Below are positions 58,296 through 64,000 of a stretch of 64,000 nucleotides of DNA, piece by piece (positions within the stretch are counted from its first letter, which is position 1; each line of letters starts with the position of its first letter). The notes beneath the pieces are model-generated. The model did not search any database. It was not told the DNA's origin and was given only the letters and a program-made list of their open reading frames with translations. The DNA is from Bacteroidia bacterium. Lineage in GTDB: Bacteria > Bacteroidota > Bacteroidia > NS11-12g > UBA9320. The position numbers and the translations under genes are program-made. The stretch lies in contig JADLGN010000015.1 in the NCBI GenBank assembly GCA_020849295.1, positions 91,168 to 155,167 of the forward strand, given 5' to 3'.

Positions 58296-60391
58296 TAGTA
58301 GGAACCACTTCGTTTTCTTATAAACCATTCAAGCGAAATAAAAAAAAGGATTAAAAAAAACATCCATTTTTGATTTATCAAATCGCGATATTCTTTTTTG
58401 CTAAATATTACTGACTTTAATGATTCGTTGTTTTTAATATTTTTTATAAAGTATTCAAGTTCATCTAATTTTAAAAATTTACCATTTGTAGTATTTGCTA
58501 AGTTTTTAAGCAATTCATGATTAGCTTTAGTTTCATTGTATTCTACTTGAATTGGTTTTACTATAAAACTACCTTTTACTGTTTCATTATTTCCGTTCTG
58601 TACTTTTGCAAGGTAAGTATATTTGCCTGGTGAGTATATTCCGGCATCAAGTTTATATGCATTTTCTGTTCGGCTGAAATTATAAGAATAATTTTTACCT
58701 TTTTCGTTTGTAATTATCATTGATATATCAGTTTTATTTACCAATTCAAATGTTTCATTGTAATATTCTGCATTAATTATAATATTTTCATCTTCATTGT
58801 ACGAATTTTCGCTTGTATAAACTCGAAGCCTTCTTTTGTCATTATGTGCAGTTAAGTATTGTATCATTTTACTCAAAATAGAATTTGACACATCATGATT
58901 GCCATTTTTATCGTAATCAATAAGTCGCCACCGCCATATTCCTTCTCCGGTTATAAAACCATATCGTTTGTTTTCATTGTTGCTAAAACAAATTAGAGGC
59001 TGGTCGGTTTTTACGCTGCCTATTTGCTGAAAAATAAAAATATCTGATTTATCAGTTATGTTAAAATTGCCAAAAGATACTGCCAGAGGAGGAAAATAAG
59101 GTATTGTTGATTTTGTTTCGTCAGAATTTTCAAATAAATTAAATTCACTGTTTACAATAGCTGTACTTTGATTGTATCCATTGCCGGTAATACTGAAATT
59201 TAAACCTGTTTTTAAAGTATTAAACAAATTTAAATTTGATTGTCTGCCAAATACAAAAAGAATAGGAATATTGCTGTTTTTTATATTTTCGGCAAATTTC
59301 AGATTACTTCCGTTTGAAGGTATCTGATGTAGGATTATCATATCGTATTTTGCAATATTATCGCTTGAAATATTTCCGCTGAAATCTATCTCTGCCTGAT
59401 AGTTTTTATTTGATTCAATTGCTTGCTTAATAGCTGATATATCAGGATGAGGACTAAGGGCAGAAATTAAAATTTTTTGTCTTGCATCAATTATTTCTAC
59501 AAAAAAATCTTTGCGGTTGTTTGAATAAGTTATTTCATCCTTAAGATTTGATACAACAGCCACAAGATGCATAATACCCGGTTTTTGAGCTTCAATATTT
59601 AAATTAAAGGTATTAAGTTCACTATTCTTTGAAGGTGTAAACGAATTTTCATATATTTTTTTATCTTCATTATATACTGTAATAGTATATGATTGCGAAA
59701 CACATTTGTCAGACTTTATATCTATTTGTGCAGGAAATGAATTGTTAAGATATGCAATAGAATTAGTTCTGATATTTGAAATTTTTAAATCTTTTCGGGT
59801 AGATGTATCGCCCAATCCAACTGCAAAAATGGGGTATTTTAAATTTTTTATTGTGTAAATAGGGCTGTTTCCCTTATTGTAAATACCATCAGATAGTAAA
59901 ATTACACCACCTGAGTTACTTTCAGAATAAACATTTAGAATTTCATCAAAAAATGCTGAAATATCAGTTTGTTTATCTTTAAAATCTGGCTTAGTGTTTA
60001 TTTTAGTTTCTTTGCCAAAAAGATACTTGTGTACTTTTACTTTATCACCTGCAATATTTTCTATAGTGTTAAAAATTTCATTAATTTTATTCTTATAAGT
60101 TATGGAATCTTTTGTATTTACAATTGAAATTGAATTATCAATACCCAAAATCAGAAATGGTTTTTGAGTTTCATTTGACACAAATTTTAACAAAGGATTT
60201 AATAGCAAAAATGCAATTATACTTACTGACAAAAACCTTAAAAGCGAAAGAGTGAAAGTTATAAAACTTTGGTATTTTCCTGCAGATATACCATGCCCTT
60301 TTCTATAAAGAATATAAGAAGATAAGCCTCCTGCAGTCAAACAAAATATAATAAACCAAAGTGGATACTCGGTGAAAAATTGAACCGACAT
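58295..60391 (-). CDS. von Willebrand factor A (VWA) domain membrane protein (BatA-like, extended form)
   Basis: It has two N-terminal TM helices, a MIDAS motif (GIDNSIS, DxSxS), and a C-terminal TM helix with a basic tail. The length is 698 aa. Confidence 0.5.
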   Translation of the reverse strand: MSVQFFTEYPLWFIIFCLTAGGLSSYILYRKGHGISAGKYQSFITFTLSLLRFLSVSIIAFLLLNPLLKFVSNETQKPFLILGIDNSISIVNTKDSITYKNKINEIFNTIENIAGDKVKVHKYLFGKETKINTKPDFKDKQTDISAFFDEILNVYSESNSGGVILLSDGIYNKGNSPIYTIKNLKYPIFAVGLGDTSTRKDLKISNIRTNSIAYLNNSFPAQIDIKSDKCVSQSYTITVYNEDKKIYENSFTPSKNSELNTFNLNIEAQKPGIMHLVAVVSNLKDEITYSNNRKDFFVEIIDARQKILISALSPHPDISAIKQAIESNKNYQAEIDFSGNISSDNIAKYDMIILHQIPSNGSNLKFAENIKNSNIPILFVFGRQSNLNLFNTLKTGLNFSITGNGYNQSTAIVNSEFNLFENSDETKSTIPYFPPLAVSFGNFNITDKSDIFIFQQIGSVKTDQPLICFSNNENKRYGFITGEGIWRWRLIDYDKNGNHDVSNSILSKMIQYLTAHNDKRRLRVYTSENSYNEDENIIINAEYYNETFELVNKTDISMIITNEKGKNYSYNFSRTENAYKLDAGIYSPGKYTYLAKVQNGNNETVKGSFIVKPIQVEYNETKANHELLKNLANTTNGKFLKLDELEYFIKNIKNNESLKSVIFSKKEYRDLINQKWMFFLILFFISLEWFIRKRSGSY

Positions 60392-60491
60392 TTTTTAAAA
60401 ATACAAAAATAGCTAATTGTAAATTCAAAAAAAGATAGTTTGAAAATTAAAAAAAAATATACATATTTGTTTTTATTAATTTTTAAAGAAT

Positions 60492-62744
60492 ATGAAAAAA
60501 TCTATACTTAAAATTTATTTACTCTCAATTGTTTTAATATTAATTGTAAATAAAAGTTATTGTCAGGGAGTTCCCGAAATTTTGTATTACAAATTTAACG
60601 ATACCGGAGTATCGGTAAAAAACTATGCATCATCACCGCCTACAGGTACATCTACTGCAACTATTAATGGAGCTTTGAAACAAGGCTCAAAAGGGGTATG
60701 CAATAGCAAAACCTTGGTTGGCTCAGGTGGTTCGAGCAGTTCAGACTATGTTGATACAAAATGGATACCTAAATTAACAGGCTCATGGACAATTGCATTT
60801 TGGTGTAAAAATCTCGACAGTTCAACAACCTTGTATTATTTGTTTGGCGAAGTTACAGCATCGAGTTTTCGTTGTTTTTCGGGCGGAGTAGCCGGTGCAG
60901 GCAATCTTTTATTAAGAGGTCCGGTTACAGATGTTTTATTAACCGGAGGTGCATCAAAAAATGCTAATTTTAATACTTTTGTGTATGATTCTGTAGCGGG
61001 TTATATTTATGCTTACAAAAATGGTTCATTAATTAACTCTGTAGCCCAAAGTGCTATTACTATATCAGGTACCGGAAATTTTAAAGTTGGTGGTTATTCT
61101 ACATCTACAGGTCTGAATAAAGATGGTTTGATAGATGAATTCAAGTTTTTTAAGAAAGCATTAAGCTCAAAAGAAGTGTCAGCCTTGATGTATTCAAGCG
61201 CTACTTATGGTACTTTAACCCAAAAATCATTATGTAGTTATACTGGTCCAAGCGGAAAGCACACATGGAACAGAACAGGTACATACAAAGACACAATTGC
61301 TAATTCCAATGGTTGTGATAGTATTATCACAATAAACCTAACTATCACAGGAAATACAACATCTACCATTTCACCTACAGCGTGCAATTTTTACCTTAGC
61401 CCAAGTAAAAAATATTATTGGCTTAAATCTGGCACATATAGTGATTTTATTAAGAATAAATCTAATGGTTGCGATAGTTTAATTACAATTAATTTAACCA
61501 TTATAAAAAGTTCGGAAGTAAACTTTAAAGTTGAGACTTGTAATTCATATAAAAGCCCAAGTGGAAAATACACATGGACACAAACAGGGAAATATATTGA
61601 TACCATTAAAAATAAGGTAGGATGCGACAGTATTATGAATTTTGACTTAACAATTAATAATGATCAAACAAGTACAATAAACATTACCACTTGCGATTTT
61701 TATACAAGCCCAAGTGGAAAATCAACATGGACAAGTTCGGGAAAATATACAGATGTTATACCAACAAGCAAAGGCTGCGATAGCATAATAACAATTAATC
61801 TAACAGTAAATAAGCAGATAGTTAAAAATATTACTGTTAAAGAATGTAATACCTATAAAAGCCCGAGTAAAAAATATATTTGGACAAAAACAGGTACTTA
61901 TAATGATACTTTAAAACGCAAAACAGGTTGCGACAGTATTTTGATTATCGATTTAACAATAAACTATACAAAATATGTAAATATTGCTCCTCAAAGTTGC
62001 GGAAATTATAAAAGCCCAAGCGGTAAATATATTTGGAACAAAACCGGAAATTATATAGATACTATAAAAACAAAAGCAGGTTGTGATAGTATTATTGGAA
62101 TAGATTTAAAAATAAATGATAAAACAACTTCATCTTTTTCAAAAACAACATGTATAGAATATTACAGCCCAAGCGGAAAATATAAATGGACCAAATCAGG
62201 CAAATATTACGACACAATAGCAAATAAGAATGGATGTGATAGTATAATTACGTTTAATCTTACAATTATAGAAGTAAATATTGATGTATCTCAAACAGGC
62301 AATGTTTTAACTTCATTAGCAAACGGTGCCCAATACCAATGGTTAAATTGTGCTACAAACTATTCGCCAATTACAGGTGAAACCGGACAAACATTTACTG
62401 CAAAACAAATAGGAAACTATGCAGTACAGGTAAAAGAATATAATTGTACCGACACTTCAATTTGTTATATTGTATCTAACATTGGCAGTGTAAAAACTCA
62501 AGCAACAAATCACATATATGTTTATCCGAATCCAACATCAGGCGAATTTATTGTAAATACGGCATATCCTATTAATGATGCTACTATCAAGATTTATTCA
62601 GTATCAGGAGAATTTATTTATATGAAACAAAACTGCTTTGGATTGAAAAATACAATTGATATTTCACAGTTTTCAAATGGTATATATTACATAGAAATAA
62701 ATGAAAAGAACAACAAAATTCATCAGAAGATTGTGAAGTTTTGA
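60492..62744 (+). CDS. Secreted LamG/concanavalin-A-like lectin-fold protein with seven tandem approximately 51-aa two-cysteine repeats and a T9SS type-A C-terminal sorting domain
   Basis: It has a signal peptide, and a LamG-like N-terminal third (WTIAFWCK..FGEV..LIDEFKFF). The repeats run from residue 248 to 604. The C-terminus YVYPNPTSGEFIV...NGIYYIEI..KIVKF has the type-A pattern. Confidence 0.75.
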   Translation: MKKSILKIYLLSIVLILIVNKSYCQGVPEILYYKFNDTGVSVKNYASSPPTGTSTATINGALKQGSKGVCNSKTLVGSGGSSSSDYVDTKWIPKLTGSWTIAFWCKNLDSSTTLYYLFGEVTASSFRCFSGGVAGAGNLLLRGPVTDVLLTGGASKNANFNTFVYDSVAGYIYAYKNGSLINSVAQSAITISGTGNFKVGGYSTSTGLNKDGLIDEFKFFKKALSSKEVSALMYSSATYGTLTQKSLCSYTGPSGKHTWNRTGTYKDTIANSNGCDSIITINLTITGNTTSTISPTACNFYLSPSKKYYWLKSGTYSDFIKNKSNGCDSLITINLTIIKSSEVNFKVETCNSYKSPSGKYTWTQTGKYIDTIKNKVGCDSIMNFDLTINNDQTSTINITTCDFYTSPSGKSTWTSSGKYTDVIPTSKGCDSIITINLTVNKQIVKNITVKECNTYKSPSKKYIWTKTGTYNDTLKRKTGCDSILIIDLTINYTKYVNIAPQSCGNYKSPSGKYIWNKTGNYIDTIKTKAGCDSIIGIDLKINDKTTSSFSKTTCIEYYSPSGKYKWTKSGKYYDTIANKNGCDSIITFNLTIIEVNIDVSQTGNVLTSLANGAQYQWLNCATNYSPITGETGQTFTAKQIGNYAVQVKEYNCTDTSICYIVSNIGSVKTQATNHIYVYPNPTSGEFIVNTAYPINDATIKIYSVSGEFIYMKQNCFGLKNTIDISQFSNGIYYIEINEKNNKIHQKIVKF
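61233..62303 (+). repeat. Seven in-frame tandem repeats of about 150-156 bp (50-52 aa) inside the 60492..62744 CDS, with the consensus C-x-x-Y-x-S-P-S-G-K-Y-x-W-T-K-(T/S)-G-x-Y-x-D-T-I-x-N-K-x-G-C-D-S-I-I-x-I-x-L-T-I-N
   Basis: I counted the repeats directly in the translation. Each starts at a Cys (residues 248, 298, 350, 401, 452, 503, 554) and carries an internal GCDS. Confidence 0.75.
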
Positions 62745-62989
62745 TATAGATAATAATTTAATAAAATAAAATCTTCATAAGGAATTTAAGCTAATAAATG
62801 TAGGTAATACAGTAAGAAATATTTTATTGTCTTATATTTTCTATATACATTCAGTTTTTTTATTTGAAACTTCTGCATATAAATTTCACTCATATAAAAT
62901 TTTACATACAGCAAAACTTTTTTTTAAATATTAAAACTTAAAGGAGTTTTGATACTAATTTCGAAAATTAGAAATAATAAGTATTAAAT

Positions 62990-64000
62990 ATGAAACCAGA
63001 AAGCTTAATGATGTCTTACGGTTACAAGCCTCACTTATCAGAAGGAGCTATAAAATGCCCAATTTTTCAAACTTCGACCTTTGTTTTTAAAAGTGCAGAA
63101 GAGGGAAAATCATTTTTTGAAATTGCTTATGGGCTACGCCAAAAAAATGAAAAAGAAGAACTTGGTTTAATATATAGTAGGATAAACAATCCTGATCTTG
63201 AAATATTGGAAAACAGACTTACACTTTGGGATGGTGCAGAACAATGTGCTGTTTTCGAAAGCGGAATGTCTGCAATTACAACAGTACTTTTAGAATTTTT
63301 AAAGCCCGGCGACCTTTTACTTACTAGCAGCCCGCTTTATGGTGGCAGCGATCATTTTATTAAAAAAATTCTCCCTAAATTTGGTATTGAAGTAGTAAGT
63401 TTTACCGTTGGACAAACAAGGCAGGAAATTATAGAATCAGTTATTAAAACAGGAAAGTCAGAAAAACTTGCATTAGTATATCTTGAAACACCGGCAAACC
63501 CAACAAACGACCTTATTGATATATCACTTGGCAAAGAAATAGCCGACTATTTTACCAAAAATGATAAAAAAGTGTATGTAGCTGTTGATAATACTTATAT
63601 GGGACCATTATGGCAACATCCATTAAAACATGGGGCAGACCTAGTTTTATATTCAGCTACAAAATATATAGGAGGGCATAGTGATGTAATTGCGGGTGCA
63701 TGTCTTGGCAATAATGAACTGATAAATAGAGTAAAAGTTTTAAGAACTTTTCTTGGAAATATGGCTGGTCCTTGGACTGGTTGGCTTCTTCTCAGAAGCC
63801 TTGAAACCTTAAAGGCAAGAATGGACATTCAGGCATTTAATGCAAAACGTGTTGCAGATTTTTTAAATAATCATAATAAAATAGAAAGAGTATATTATCT
63901 TGGAAATTTTACCGAAAAGGATGGTGAGCAATTCAAAATAAAGCAAAAACAATGTTTGGCAGATGGAGCAATGATTTCTTTTGATGTGAAAGGTACAGAA
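62990..64000 (+). CDS. PLP-dependent Cys/Met-metabolism enzyme (methionine gamma-lyase / cystathionine gamma-synthase / O-acylhomoserine sulfhydrylase family), 3'-truncated by the window end. It is absent from the ORF track because no stop codon is reached.
   Basis: The frame is open for 337 codons from the ATG at 62990. The PLP-lysine block is YSATKYIGGHSDVIAGA. The motifs SGMSAI and DNTYMGP are present. Confidence 0.75.
   Translation, partial: MKPESLMMSYGYKPHLSEGAIKCPIFQTSTFVFKSAEEGKSFFEIAYGLRQKNEKEELGLIYSRINNPDLEILENRLTLWDGAEQCAVFESGMSAITTVLLEFLKPGDLLLTSSPLYGGSDHFIKKILPKFGIEVVSFTVGQTRQEIIESVIKTGKSEKLALVYLETPANPTNDLIDISLGKEIADYFTKNDKKVYVAVDNTYMGPLWQHPLKHGADLVLYSATKYIGGHSDVIAGACLGNNELINRVKVLRTFLGNMAGPWTGWLLLRSLETLKARMDIQAFNAKRVADFLNNHNKIERVYYLGNFTEKDGEQFKIKQKQCLADGAMISFDVKGTE

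Noticed and set aside
61233-62303. Regular about 153-bp tandem repeats, considered as a possible CRISPR array or satellite
   Set aside because: The repeats are in-frame protein modules with diverged DNA sequence. There are no short identical direct repeats with unique spacers and no cas genes anywhere in the window.
63352-63828. Two minus-strand ORFs (60 and 77 aa) near the window end
   Set aside because: They are antisense to the clearly coding, window-truncated PLP-enzyme gene at 62990-64000.
1-64000. Search for tRNA, rRNA, transposase/integrase, IS inverted repeats and prophage genes
   Set aside because: The uniformly AT-rich intergenic regions contain no GC-rich 70-90-nt tRNA-like segments. 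I saw no DDE transposase, tyrosine/serine recombinase, phage structural gene or flanking direct repeat.

Overview
This 64 kb window is AT-rich (about 30 % GC) and almost certainly comes from a Bacteroidota-type chromosome. The evidence for that is a SusC/SusD pair, several T9SS cargo proteins with type-A and type-B C-terminal sorting domains, a TAnnTTTG-type -7 box, and the conserved murA-DUF4290 and coaX-OMP-lptC neighbourhoods. Most of the window is ordinary housekeeping: dut, dapA, ftsH, a C-terminal processing protease, dnaJ-grpE, murA, an mlaFED-like operon, oligopeptidase B, birA, coaX and rsfS. The accessory content comprises a 1837-aa PKD-repeat T9SS adhesin, an ECF sigma factor paired with a membrane protein that ends in a T9SS type-B domain, a beta-helix T9SS cargo, a Sus-like locus followed by an ACE-like M2 peptidase, and a LamG protein carrying seven tandem two-cysteine repeats. 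The standout is a 13-gene co-directional cluster at 42751-57655. It encodes three HgdAB/BcrBC-family iron-sulfur subunits, three BadF/BadG/BcrA/BcrD-type ATPases (one fused to a ketopantoate-reductase-like NAD(P) domain) and a fused ADP-forming acyl-CoA synthetase. It also encodes a thiolase, a 59-aa winged-helix ORF that the ORF track missed, a Zn-dependent MDR dehydrogenase and two crotonase-fold enzymes, one of them long. This architecture resembles a class-I (ATP-dependent) benzoyl-CoA-reductase-like ring-reduction system combined with Dch/Had/Oah-like ring beta-oxidation. I am not aware of such a system in this phylum and I flag it as the main candidate for an undescribed system. I saw no rRNA, tRNA, CRISPR array, transposase or integrase. 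All functional calls come from motif-level reading of the translations, because no database search was possible.
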